DNA of 32,000 bases from Longimicrobiales bacterium (GCA_965205315.1 CBDBGW010000002.1:440684-472683), one strand, 5' to 3'; shown: positions 8,541 through 16,495, numbered from the stretch's first letter. Program-made: numbers and translations. Notes: generated by a model not told the origin, from the letters alone.

Positions 8541-9608
8541 TCACAGCCCGGCGGCGGAACGCTTGTTTTCGGGCCGTAGGGGTTTCCGGGCCAGGAAACA
8601 ATACAGCGGCGTGAAGATGCCCGTCCTGCCGCCCGTGACGTACGCCTCCGCGGTTCGATCAAGGAGTCGGACGACCTCTGCCGACCCGTTCGGAAAGAGC
8701 CGCAGCACCTCGGCCAACTTAGACGCCGCGATGAAGGCCTTGCGGCCCCAGGGAAGCCTGCGCACCGCGTTCCCCAATGTCCCGTGGCGACTCTCCATGG
8801 GTTGATACCAGGGCGTGGAGGGTCCTTCCCGGACCTCCCAGTCGCTAGCCTCCACAACTTGGAATCCCGCCCCTTCGAGAGCGCGATTCACCTCCCCGAA
8901 GGTGGCGATTTCGTGCAGCGCAATGCCGCGCATGAGGTCCCGCCTGATGGCCCGGTGCTGGCCGTCCCGCGGATCGAACCGATCCGTCAGGCACATTTCC
9001 TGACCCCAGAACAGGGCACCCGGCTTCAGTACGCGAAATATCTCCGCGAAAGCCCGTTGCTTGTCCTGCGCATGGCACGTCGACTCGATGGCGTAACCCC
9101 TGTCGAAGGAGTCGGCCTCGATGGCGCTCATGTCCGCGAAGCTGCACTTCCTGAGATCGGTCATGTGCTCCAGCCCCGCCTCGGCGTTCAATTTCCTGGC
9201 CTTGGCCAGCTGGATCCCATTGATGTTGATTCCCACGACCCTGACACGCCCCTCACGAACGACACGGCGCATGGGACCGCCGATTCCACAACCGACATCT
9301 ACCACCTTCATGCCCTGTCGCAGCTCCAACCTCGAGATCATCGCCCGCTGGTGCCGGACCTTGGACTCCTCCAGGCTTTCGTTGGGCGTGAGCGGCGCAA
9401 AATGCAGGGATTCACCCCATCCCCACACCATGAATTCGTTGCAAAGCTCGTAGTAGTCCCTGACCGTTTCCGCGTGGTCGTAGGTGCCCGCGCCTGTGCC
9501 CTCCGACACCGCGCGGTCAAGCCAGCCGTCAAAGTGCCGGACTCGACGCGCGACGCCCGATCCCGCGTGCGCATTTCTCAGCGCCTTCGCCAGTTCCACC
9601 AGTCGCAT
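8541..9608 (-). CDS. Sterol C-24 methyltransferase (Erg6/SMT) family SAM-dependent methyltransferase
   Basis: Collinear with yeast Erg6 as recalled. Region I: FMVWGWGESLHFAP (Erg6 FYEYGWGSSFHFS). SAM motif: VVDVGCGIGGP (VLDVGCGVGGP). Region III: YAIESTCHA (YAIEATCHA). Also VLKPGA and C-terminal IFTPLYCFLARKP (LFTPMMLFVARKP). ORF 8541..9809 is trimmed to the ATG at 9608 because the longer form overlaps the P450 gene by 187 nt. The trimmed start lies 14 nt after the P450 stop. Confidence 0.85.
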   Translation of the reverse strand: MRLVELAKALRNAHAGSGVARRVRHFDGWLDRAVSEGTGAGTYDHAETVRDYYELCNEFMVWGWGESLHFAPLTPNESLEESKVRHQRAMISRLELRQGMKVVDVGCGIGGPMRRVVREGRVRVVGININGIQLAKARKLNAEAGLEHMTDLRKCSFADMSAIEADSFDRGYAIESTCHAQDKQRAFAEIFRVLKPGALFWGQEMCLTDRFDPRDGQHRAIRRDLMRGIALHEIATFGEVNRALEGAGFQVVEASDWEVREGPSTPWYQPMESRHGTLGNAVRRLPWGRKAFIAASKLAEVLRLFPNGSAEVVRLLDRTAEAYVTGGRTGIFTPLYCFLARKPLRPENKRSAAGL

Positions 9609-9622
9609 TCTGGTTAGGCCTG

Positions 9623-11701
9623 CTAGGGCAGCTCCCGCCTCTGCTCTACGATGCGAAACCTCAGCTTCTTGCTGGGCTTCAGCGACGGAAACGGATTGAG
9701 TCGGAGCTTCCGGACGTACTTCGCCGGCCACACCTCGATCTTGAAATAGTGCGCCAGCATCAGCAAGTTGACCGCCAGATGCATCTCCATCCACCGGGTG
9801 CCGAGACACCTGTGCGTACCCAGCCCGTACGGGGCGAACCCCATGCTGTGATGCTCACGACGCGATGGCAGGAAGCGGTCGATGTCGAACTTGTAGGGCT
9901 CGGAAAAGACTTCGCTCATATAGTGCGTGGCGGTCATGGCGATGTGGATCCGTTCCCCCACGGGCAGCTCGTAGTTCCCGATCGTGCAGGTATTCATCAC
10001 GTTGCGAACAGACATGGGCACGATCGGGTACATGCGCAGGCATTCCATGAGGAAGCGGTGCGTCACGTCGAGATTGGCGGGGGTCAGGTCCTCCTTCGCG
10101 GGGTCATCCTCGGCAAACAGGGCATCCGCTTCGGACCGGATCCTGTCGTAGAGGGCCGGCTGCGAAGCCATGGCGTAGACCAGGAGGCTGAAAGTGTCGC
10201 CGAGATAAACGCTGGCAATCAGGGCCGCGGAAAAAGAAAAGAGCAGGTTGGACTCCGGGAGAAACTGCGGGTCGCTGGCGTGCAGGCTGAGGTAGTCGTC
10301 CACCAGGTTTCGCGGCCGATTCGCCCGCTGGGCGGGTGTATGGACCCTCAAGACCCGCTCCATCAGCGTGTCCAGGGCAGCTGCCCGGCGTTTCATGCCG
10401 GGGGTATTCAGCGTGAACCTGGGCAGGGTCCTGGCGATGTGCACGCTGAGGGCCCGTTCCTTATAGACCATCAGGTCGTCCATGAGATCCTGCGTGTCGA
10501 CGCCGATGAACAGCGGCGACAGCTGCGCGTTCACCATTGCCCGGCTCATGGACGTGGCGCGGTAGGAATCCCCAACCGTCAGGGTCGACATGTACGCGCG
10601 CCCCCTGTCGTAGAGCTGGTCCAGCTGCCCTGCCAGCCTCGCGCGGGAATAGGACGGCGACAGGAACTTGCGAAGACGGAAGTGGTCGGCCCCGTCCAGG
10701 GCGGGGAGGACACCGGCCGCGCCGTAGACCTTCTCAAAGTCGGCGAAGTAGTCCCTAGTTCTCAGGTACCTGCGGCCACGCTTGTGCACCCATTCATTCG
10801 TCTCGAGTCCGGCCAGGAAGATCATGCGCTCCGAAAAGGGAGGACGGACCTGGAACACCGGGCCGTATTCCTCCGCGAGGTTCCCGAAGAGCGCGTTCAG
10901 GTTGCCGTCTCGGACATGCGGGTTGCGCAGCAGCCTGGAGAGCGGAACCGTGGGGATTTGCTTGGCGAAGGCAGCATGTCCTCGGATCGGGCCGGCGAAG
11001 CTCTCGGAGACCGCATCGGCTATGGACCGGCCGATCAGGTCCAACTGACAGATGAATCCTATGCGCTCCTCCGCCGCTTCATCAAGTTCGAAAATCAAGC
11101 GAAAGACATCGCAGGTGTTGACGAGGCACACGATGACGACGTCTCTCGGCTCGGGAATCTCGTCGGTGAAGATCACGTTGCCGATGCGCGCCTTGACGAA
11201 CTGGTCGTTCGTGCCTTCCTCGGACATCCCGTACCGTTGCCCATGCGTGATAAAGGGAGCCAGCGTCCAGAATTCGCCCTCGTGGTGTTGGAGGATGTTC
11301 CGTTCAACCAGACGCTCCAAAGTCAGGTCGACGATCGACTCCGCGCGGGGGGCGAGCCGTTCGATCCAGTACCGGGCATTGTGTTGGCCTGGTTCGTCCG
11401 CGATCTCCTTCAGGATGGGGTCCAGGACGGGATCGCCCGTTTCGGTCCGGTCCACCACGTACAGGGATGTCAGGTCCGAGTCGAGCCGCGACCGGAAGGA
11501 GAGTTCCGCCAGCACTCCGCCGACGACGGCGCAGTTCAGCCGCCAGCCGGGTACCTGGTGGAAGTACCCTCCCTTCTCGTCGATAAGCATGAGGATGAGC
11601 TCGTCGGTTAGGCTCAGGTACTCGGCCTTCAAGCTCTCCACTGTGTCATTCATCGGTTCGCTCCTTGCCGCGGTCGAGACGCTCATTCCCACCGTATTCA
11701 T
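9623..11701 (-). CDS. Fusion protein: N-terminal GPP34/GOLPH3-like domain (about aa 25-235) plus C-terminal cytochrome P450 (about aa 245-692)
   Basis: GPP34-like part: LTDELILMLIDEKGGYF..LNCAVVGGVLAELSFRSRL..VVDRTETGDPVLDPILKEIAD..ARYWIERLAPRAESIVDLTLERLVERNIL. P450 part: I-helix-like LGDTFS, ExxR (ECLR), PYKFDIDRF, and the heme loop FAPYGLGTHRCLG with Cys632 at nt 9806-9808. It is a single uninterrupted 692-codon ORF. GGAGG lies 3 nt before the ATG at 11701. Confidence 0.8.
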   Translation of the reverse strand: MNTVGMSVSTAARSEPMNDTVESLKAEYLSLTDELILMLIDEKGGYFHQVPGWRLNCAVVGGVLAELSFRSRLDSDLTSLYVVDRTETGDPVLDPILKEIADEPGQHNARYWIERLAPRAESIVDLTLERLVERNILQHHEGEFWTLAPFITHGQRYGMSEEGTNDQFVKARIGNVIFTDEIPEPRDVVIVCLVNTCDVFRLIFELDEAAEERIGFICQLDLIGRSIADAVSESFAGPIRGHAAFAKQIPTVPLSRLLRNPHVRDGNLNALFGNLAEEYGPVFQVRPPFSERMIFLAGLETNEWVHKRGRRYLRTRDYFADFEKVYGAAGVLPALDGADHFRLRKFLSPSYSRARLAGQLDQLYDRGRAYMSTLTVGDSYRATSMSRAMVNAQLSPLFIGVDTQDLMDDLMVYKERALSVHIARTLPRFTLNTPGMKRRAAALDTLMERVLRVHTPAQRANRPRNLVDDYLSLHASDPQFLPESNLLFSFSAALIASVYLGDTFSLLVYAMASQPALYDRIRSEADALFAEDDPAKEDLTPANLDVTHRFLMECLRMYPIVPMSVRNVMNTCTIGNYELPVGERIHIAMTATHYMSEVFSEPYKFDIDRFLPSRREHHSMGFAPYGLGTHRCLGTRWMEMHLAVNLLMLAHYFKIEVWPAKYVRKLRLNPFPSLKPSKKLRFRIVEQRRELP

Positions 11702-11759
11702 GAACCTCCGGGCCGAAGGTCATTTGCTTGACCAAAATTGAGGGGCCGAAAGACCTCCC

Positions 11760-12146
11760 GCAACCCCCAAGGGCGTTCGCGAGGCGACTGGGGGCGGTAC
11801 GGTCGTGGAAAAAGCGGCGATTCGAGTCCGGGGGAAGTAGTTTGTCGGTGCCCGGAGACGCCTCGGCATCGTTTCGGCGCCGGTGCTCGGGGAAGCGGTA
11901 GGCGCGGCGATGCGCCCGCGCCAGCCAGACGCCGTGCAGGGTCGCGAGTCCGCGCGAGCATGTGCCGGTGCGCCGAAGCGCCTACGGCGGTCATCGTGAT
12001 CCGGTGCCCGGAGACGGTGAACCGCGCTGCGGTGCGAAGGAAGCGTTCGCGGCGCGCCCGAAGCCCCAGCCGGGCCCGGTTATGCGCTCCAGCACGGATG
12101 CAGCGCCCCTCGAATGCCGTCACGGTTGCTTCCACGGGCTACTAGG
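11760..12146 (-). repeat. GC-rich intergenic repeat family, copy c (expanded), filling the RND-P450 intergenic gap
   Basis: The reverse complement of 12085-12146 reads CTAGTAGCCCGTGGAAGCAACCGTGACGGCATTCGAGGGGCGCTGCATCCGTGCTGG. This is about 80% identical over ~60 nt to 5430-5490. Further body matches exist (GGCGCTTCGGCGC...TGCTCGCGCGGACTC versus 5560-5595). No credible ORF lies in this region. Confidence 0.6.
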
Positions 12147-12153
12147 GCGGGGG

Positions 12154-15100
12154 CTATCCGGCGCTCGCGGTCGAAGGACGCCGTGACGGCGTCAGGTGCA
12201 GATGTAACGCGCATAGCGCCGGAACAACCATCATGAGTATAGCCGTGGTGAAGATGATGCCACAACCGAGCGACGCGGCGAACGGTATCAGGAACTGGGC
12301 CTGAATGGCGCGCTCCAGGATCAGCGGCGTGAAGCCTAGGAACGTGGTCAGGGAAGTGAGCATGATCGGACGAAAGCGCCCCTTGGCACCCTCGACGATC
12401 GCGGTTCTCGGCGGGACGCCTTCCCTGAGTTTCTGATCGATGAAATCGATCATGACCAGGGAGTCGTTCACCACCACACCGCTGAGACCGAAGATCCCCA
12501 TGAAGGAAATGGCGCTTAGCGCTACTCCCAGGATCCAGTGGCCCAGGATCACGCCGATGAACCCGAAGGGGATCACGGCCATGATGATGAACGGCTTGGT
12601 GTATGAACGGAGAGGGATGGCGAGGAGCGCAAAGATCAGGATCAGGGCGATCACGAACCCGCGCTTCAGGGCGTCGATGGACTCCAGTTGTTGCTGCTGT
12701 TCGCCCCCGAAGGTGTATGTTAGGTCCGGGTGCTCCGCCGTCAGATCCGCAAGGATCGAACCGGCCAGAATCTCGTTGGCTTCGTCGCCCGAGATCACCG
12801 AGGCGTCCACGTCGGCGGTGACTGTGACGACGCGGTGGCCGTCCCTGCGCCGCAGCGCAGACGGCGACACGCCCATGCCCAGCGAGGCCACACCGATGAT
12901 CGGCACCTTGTCCCCGCCCGGCGTACGGAGCAGGTAGCCTTCGATATCGGTGATCGAGTTCCGCTCTTCCGTGGGCAGCCGAACATAGGCTCGTACCTCT
13001 TCGCGGCCGCGCTGCACCCGGACGGCCTCTGCGCCGAAGAACGCGGCTCTCGCCTGTCCGGCCAGATCTTGCACGGTGAGGCCGAGGGTCCTTGCTTCGG
13101 GCCGCAACTCCAGCTGAACTTCCGGGATGCCCGGGACATGATCCGACCGTATGTCGTAGACGCCTCCCAACCTGCGGAGTCCGTCGACCACCGAGTCGGC
13201 GATCAGGGCGAGGCGCTCGGGGTCCGGATGGGACAGTACGGCCTCGACCGGATTCCCCAGGGTGAAGATCTCGCCGCTGAAGGTGATGCCGCGCACATAC
13301 GGCGGCACACCCACCTCCTCCCGCCACGCCTGCACGACCTCTCCGGTGGAGATCCGTCTCTGCTGCGCAGCGAGGAGTTTGAATTCGATGGTGGCGATAT
13401 TGGCCTGCGGATTGAGGGTGGGCTGCGGGTTGAGTCCGCCTTCGATTCTCGATCCCAGCCCCACGGTCACCGTGACACCCGCCAGCAGCGGTGGCGCGTC
13501 TTCAGGCCGGCTGCGAGAGAGTCGTTCGATGACCCGGCGGCCCGCAGCCTCCAGCTCCCGCGCCACTTCGTACGTTCTCTGAGCGGTGGTCCCGTCGGGC
13601 ATCTCCAGCACGGCCGTCGCGAGATCACCCTCCACATCGTCGGCCAGCGTGATGGGGACGATTCCCGCAGGCAACAGGGAGATGCTCAGCACGAGCATTC
13701 CGACGGCCCCCGACATCGTCACCCCGGGCCGGGCCGTGGCAAACCGCAGGGCCCGGTCCAGGGGCCCCTGCACGAACCGCTGCAACTGGAGATCGACACG
13801 ACTCTGGAGTCCCGAAAAGAACCGGTCGAAGGCACTGCCCGGCACCCACTCCGGACCGGGCAGGTGGGACAGGTGGTTGGGCAGGACAAACAGCGACTCC
13901 ACCAACGAAACCAGCAGCATGGCGATTATGATGATCGGCAGAGCCCGCCATACGTCACCGACGCCGCCCGGGATGAACAGCAACGGGACGAAGGCCACCG
14001 CCGAAGTAAGGACTGCGAACGTCAACGGCACCTTGATCCGCCGGACGCCGCGTATCGCGGCCGCGACCCCGGGGGTTCCGCGACTGCGTTCGCTTTGAAT
14101 GCACTCGCCTACCACTATGGCGTCGTCAACGATGATCCCGATGGCGAGGACAAAGGAGAAGAGGCTGATGGTGTTGATCGCCATGTCGAGTGCCATCATG
14201 ACGGCGAGGGCGCCCAGGCCCGAAACGGCGAGGCCCACGGCAACCCACAGGGCAAGCCGCACCTGAAGAAACAGGCTGAGGGCGACCAACACCAGCAACA
14301 GACCCAGAATCCCGTTCTTCAGAAGGAGATCGGCGCGTTCCTTGTAGGCCTGGGATTCGTCGTTCCAGATGGTGATGCCGACCCCGTCGGGTAGGGCCGG
14401 GATCACCTCGTTCGCCAGGTGCTCGCTAACCGTCGTAGCCACATCCATCACCTGCTCGCCACCGGCCCTGTAGACCTCGACGAATACGGCGGGCTGGTTC
14501 TGGTGACGGACTATGAGGTCTGACTCCTGGAACCCGTCGCGCACCTCGGCGATGTCGCCGAGGCGCACCAGCGTGCCGTCGCGGCCGCTGAGAAGGACGA
14601 TCTCCTCGAAGTCCTGCTGGTCGTAGTTCTGTCCGAGCGTACGCACTCGAACCTGGGACTGCCGGGTATCGATGCTGCCGGCGGACAGGTCGAGCGAACT
14701 GCGGCGGATCGCGCCCGCAACGTCGGTAAGCGTGAGTCCCAGGGCACTCAGCCGGTGAAGCGGCACCTCGATGGAGATCTCGTAGTTCCGCACCCCGCTG
14801 ACCTCGACCTGGGAGACGGAGGGCAACGCGGTAAGGTCGTCCTCGATCCGGTGCGCCAGTTCCTTCAGCGACCGCTCGGAGATGTCGCCGTGGACGATGA
14901 GCCGAATCATGCTGAAGCGGTTGTCCATCTCGTGGAACCGGGGTCGTTCGGCACCGGCCGGAAAGGACTGGACACGATTGACGGCGGATTCTATGTCGTC
15001 CAATGCCCGATCCATGTCCGTACGGGAATCCATCTGGACCCGCACGGAGGCTATGCCCGGAGCCGCTACGGACTTGACCGCCTTGACGTCATCGAGCCCG

Positions 15101-15360
15101 CTGACCTGGTCCTCGATCTTGACGACGATCGACTCCTCGATCTCCTCCGGCGTGGCCCCGGGATAGGCCATCGAGACTTCGATGTGGTAGAAGGGGGTGA
15201 TGGGCCAGGCTTCCCGCTCGAGGCCGGTCAGGGACAGGAGTCCGGCCGCAACGATGCCCACCATCAGGAGATTGGCCGCAATGCCATTGTCGGCCATATA
15301 GGCGAGCGGGCCGGACCGCTCGCGGCGGTCACCCGGTTCGGGACCCCCGTCGGGATTCAT
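12154..15360 (-). CDS. AcrB/HAE-type RND efflux transporter permease
   Basis: 1068-aa ORF with RND architecture: an N-terminal TM (IAANLLMVGIVAAGLLSL), two large periplasmic loops and two 5-6 TM bundles (e.g. FSFVLAIGIIVDDAIVVGE, GLSGVVVNDSLVMIDF). The ATG at 15358-15360 overlaps the stop of the upstream remnant ORF (ATGA). Confidence 0.9.
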   Translation of the reverse strand: MNPDGGPEPGDRRERSGPLAYMADNGIAANLLMVGIVAAGLLSLTGLEREAWPITPFYHIEVSMAYPGATPEEIEESIVVKIEDQVSGLDDVKAVKSVAAPGIASVRVQMDSRTDMDRALDDIESAVNRVQSFPAGAERPRFHEMDNRFSMIRLIVHGDISERSLKELAHRIEDDLTALPSVSQVEVSGVRNYEISIEVPLHRLSALGLTLTDVAGAIRRSSLDLSAGSIDTRQSQVRVRTLGQNYDQQDFEEIVLLSGRDGTLVRLGDIAEVRDGFQESDLIVRHQNQPAVFVEVYRAGGEQVMDVATTVSEHLANEVIPALPDGVGITIWNDESQAYKERADLLLKNGILGLLLVLVALSLFLQVRLALWVAVGLAVSGLGALAVMMALDMAINTISLFSFVLAIGIIVDDAIVVGECIQSERSRGTPGVAAAIRGVRRIKVPLTFAVLTSAVAFVPLLFIPGGVGDVWRALPIIIIAMLLVSLVESLFVLPNHLSHLPGPEWVPGSAFDRFFSGLQSRVDLQLQRFVQGPLDRALRFATARPGVTMSGAVGMLVLSISLLPAGIVPITLADDVEGDLATAVLEMPDGTTAQRTYEVARELEAAGRRVIERLSRSRPEDAPPLLAGVTVTVGLGSRIEGGLNPQPTLNPQANIATIEFKLLAAQQRRISTGEVVQAWREEVGVPPYVRGITFSGEIFTLGNPVEAVLSHPDPERLALIADSVVDGLRRLGGVYDIRSDHVPGIPEVQLELRPEARTLGLTVQDLAGQARAAFFGAEAVRVQRGREEVRAYVRLPTEERNSITDIEGYLLRTPGGDKVPIIGVASLGMGVSPSALRRRDGHRVVTVTADVDASVISGDEANEILAGSILADLTAEHPDLTYTFGGEQQQQLESIDALKRGFVIALILIFALLAIPLRSYTKPFIIMAVIPFGFIGVILGHWILGVALSAISFMGIFGLSGVVVNDSLVMIDFIDQKLREGVPPRTAIVEGAKGRFRPIMLTSLTTFLGFTPLILERAIQAQFLIPFAASLGCGIIFTTAILMMVVPALCALHLHLTPSRRPSTASAG

Positions 15361-15659
15361 CGCACCGGGTCAGTCTGGACGCGCATCCCTTCGGCGGCGC
15401 ACTGAAGTTGTCCGGTGATCACCGCCTGGCCGCCTCGCAGGGCGCTGGGAGCAGGTGCACGGAGACGATGATCACGACGCCAATTCGGGGGAGCGTCGGC
15501 CCAGCCTCGACCTTCCGGCTCCGGCGCCAGGACGCGCAAGGGAGCTACGGTCGCCGCGATCCCGAGGTCGATAGTGCCGACTAACGGCGAGGCTGCTGTT
15601 GCGCATGACAGTTCACTCCCCGGAGGTCGACGTACCCTACCGAAACTCCACCCCTCCAC
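15357..15659 (-). pseudogene. Possible decayed remnant of the RND periplasmic adaptor (MFP) gene, C-terminal end only
   Basis: The 100-codon ORF ends ..SALRGGQAVITGQLQCAAEGMRVQTD, resembling MFP C-termini (SGL..GD.VI..G...L..G..V), and overlaps the RND start by ATGA. An adjacent frame reads RKVEAGPTLPRIGVVIIVS just upstream, suggesting a frameshift. Only about 440 nt separate the RND start from the promoter box, too short for a full adaptor of about 350-400 aa. Confidence 0.35.
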
Positions 15660-15699
15660 TCGATTGTGGCGGGACCGACATCTGGCGTCAACCTAACCG

Positions 15700-15796
15700 A
15701 GAGCGGTGAGGTGCCGGGCTGGCAAGGCGCGACGAAAGGGGAGGAGCGGGGCTATTTGCCCGAGGAGCAACGCAGAGCGAAGCGTGGGAGCCACCG
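15700..15796 (-). repeat. GC-rich intergenic repeat family, copy d (body only, inverted relative to copy a)
   Basis: The reverse complement reads CCCACGCTTCGCTCTGCGTTGCTCCTCGGGCAAATAGCC...CCTTTCGTCGCGCCTTGCCAGC. It matches 5452-5560 (CGCTTCGCTCTGCGTTGCTCCTCGGACCAATAGC...CCCTTCGTCGCGCCTTGCCAGC). Confidence 0.7.
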
Positions 15797-15825
15797 AATG
15801 TATACTGCGCTTGACATAATGTAAC
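15797..15825 (-). promoter_or_regulatory. Promoter-like box GTTACA-N17-TACATT (minus strand) facing the adaptor remnant and RND gene; palindrome ATGTAA-N8-TTACAT at 15819-15838
   Basis: On the minus strand this reads GTTACAttatgtcaagcgcagtaTACATT, closely similar to ATTACAtaatggcaactgtagtaTACATT at 5689. The plus strand also reads TTGACA-N17-TACATC (15811-15839), but no plus-strand gene lies downstream. Confidence 0.4.
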
Positions 15826-16024
15826 GTTGTCTTTACATCGAGAAACGATGAAGCGGAGTGGCCAGCCTGGAGGCATCGCCGCTCGAATGGCGGGGGGTCG
15901 TCTTGTCCGCGGGCCGCCGGCGGGAGGGGTGGGAAGCCCGCCGGGAGGTCGCGCTATGGACTCCCAGTGCGGGGGGCGGTGTGGGAGGTCAGCTCGCGCA
16001 CGGCGAGTCGTCCGATAAGGGGCT

Positions 16025-16288
16025 TCACCCGGGCTCGGTCTTCCGTTTCTTCCCCGCGAACGTCCCCCACAGGATGACGGCGAGGAAAGCTACGGCCGCG
16101 AACGCGGCGACGATCCACACCGGCGAGAGCACCCACCACCACGACCAGTCGATGTGACCGGTGAGCTTCAGCGCGACAAAGAGCAGGGTGAGCAGCGTGA
16201 TGGCGTTCGGACTTTCCACGCTTCTTTCCCAACGCGGGCGCCGCGCTCTGGTACGACGGGGTTCCGGAGTGTCCTGTGCTTCTGTCAT
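16025..16288 (-). CDS. Small two-TM membrane protein (87 aa)
   Basis: ORF 16025..16357 trimmed to the ATG at 16288: MTEAQDTPEPRR...ITLLTLLFVALKLTGHIDWSWWWVLSPVWIVAAFAAVAFLAVILWG. Two clear hydrophobic helices follow a basic N-terminus. Function unknown. Confidence 0.55.
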   Translation of the reverse strand: MTEAQDTPEPRRTRARRPRWERSVESPNAITLLTLLFVALKLTGHIDWSWWWVLSPVWIVAAFAAVAFLAVILWGTFAGKKRKTEPG

Positions 16289-16451
16289 TCGTCGTATCCT
16301 CTGGTGAGCTGTGGAGTGGGCTGCCGTCGCCGATAGTGGGTCGCAAGTATCATACATGACCCTTCCGGGCTGGAGGGCTTTCGCAAGCGAGGCGGGGTGA
16401 CGGTGTGGCGGCGGTGCGAGCGGGCCTCCCGAATGGAAACGGTCCTCCGCG

Positions 16452-16495
16452 GCCGAGGCGCGCTGAGCTGGCCAGCCAGCTCAGCGCGCCTCGGC
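16452..16495. terminator. Perfect 20-bp stem / 4-nt loop palindrome overlapping the VKOR stop codon
   Basis: GCCGAGGCGCGCTGAGCTGG-CCAG-CCAGCTCAGCGCGCCTCGGC. No U-tract on either side, so intrinsic-terminator function is uncertain. Confidence 0.4.

Noticed and set aside
8541-9809. Full 422-aa version of the methyltransferase ORF
   Set aside because: The first 67 codons overlap the 3' end of the P450 gene by 187 nt and show no Erg6 similarity. The ATG at 9608, 14 nt after the P450 stop, gives an Erg6-sized 355-aa protein.
9749-11611. 620-aa plus-strand ORF
   Set aside because: It lies antisense to the GPP34-P450 gene and has no motifs; it is a high-G+C artefact.
11815-11845. tRNA-like T-loop sequence GATTCGAGTCC
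   Set aside because: The flanks do not form a T-stem, and no acceptor, D or anticodon arms can be drawn. It is probably a chance match within the repeat-rich spacer.
11839-12040. Repeated GGTGCCCGGAGACG motifs, considered as a cobalamin-type riboswitch in the P450 leader
   Set aside because: No B12-box or conserved core (GGGAA..GGTG.AA.TCC..GCC.CTG) could be aligned. The region is better explained as an expanded copy of the intergenic repeat family.
12080-14394. 415-aa (minus, off-frame) and 554-aa (plus) ORFs inside the RND gene
   Set aside because: They overlap the 1068-aa RND permease, which has the expected TM and loop architecture. The alternatives are Arg/Gly/Asp-rich with no family resemblance.
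15811-15839. Plus-strand TTGACA-N17-TACATC promoter at the 15.8-kb box
   Set aside because: This is the best -35 match in the window, but no plus-strand gene follows; the next genes are all on the minus strand. It is probably a by-product of the palindromic box, although an antisense or small RNA cannot be excluded.
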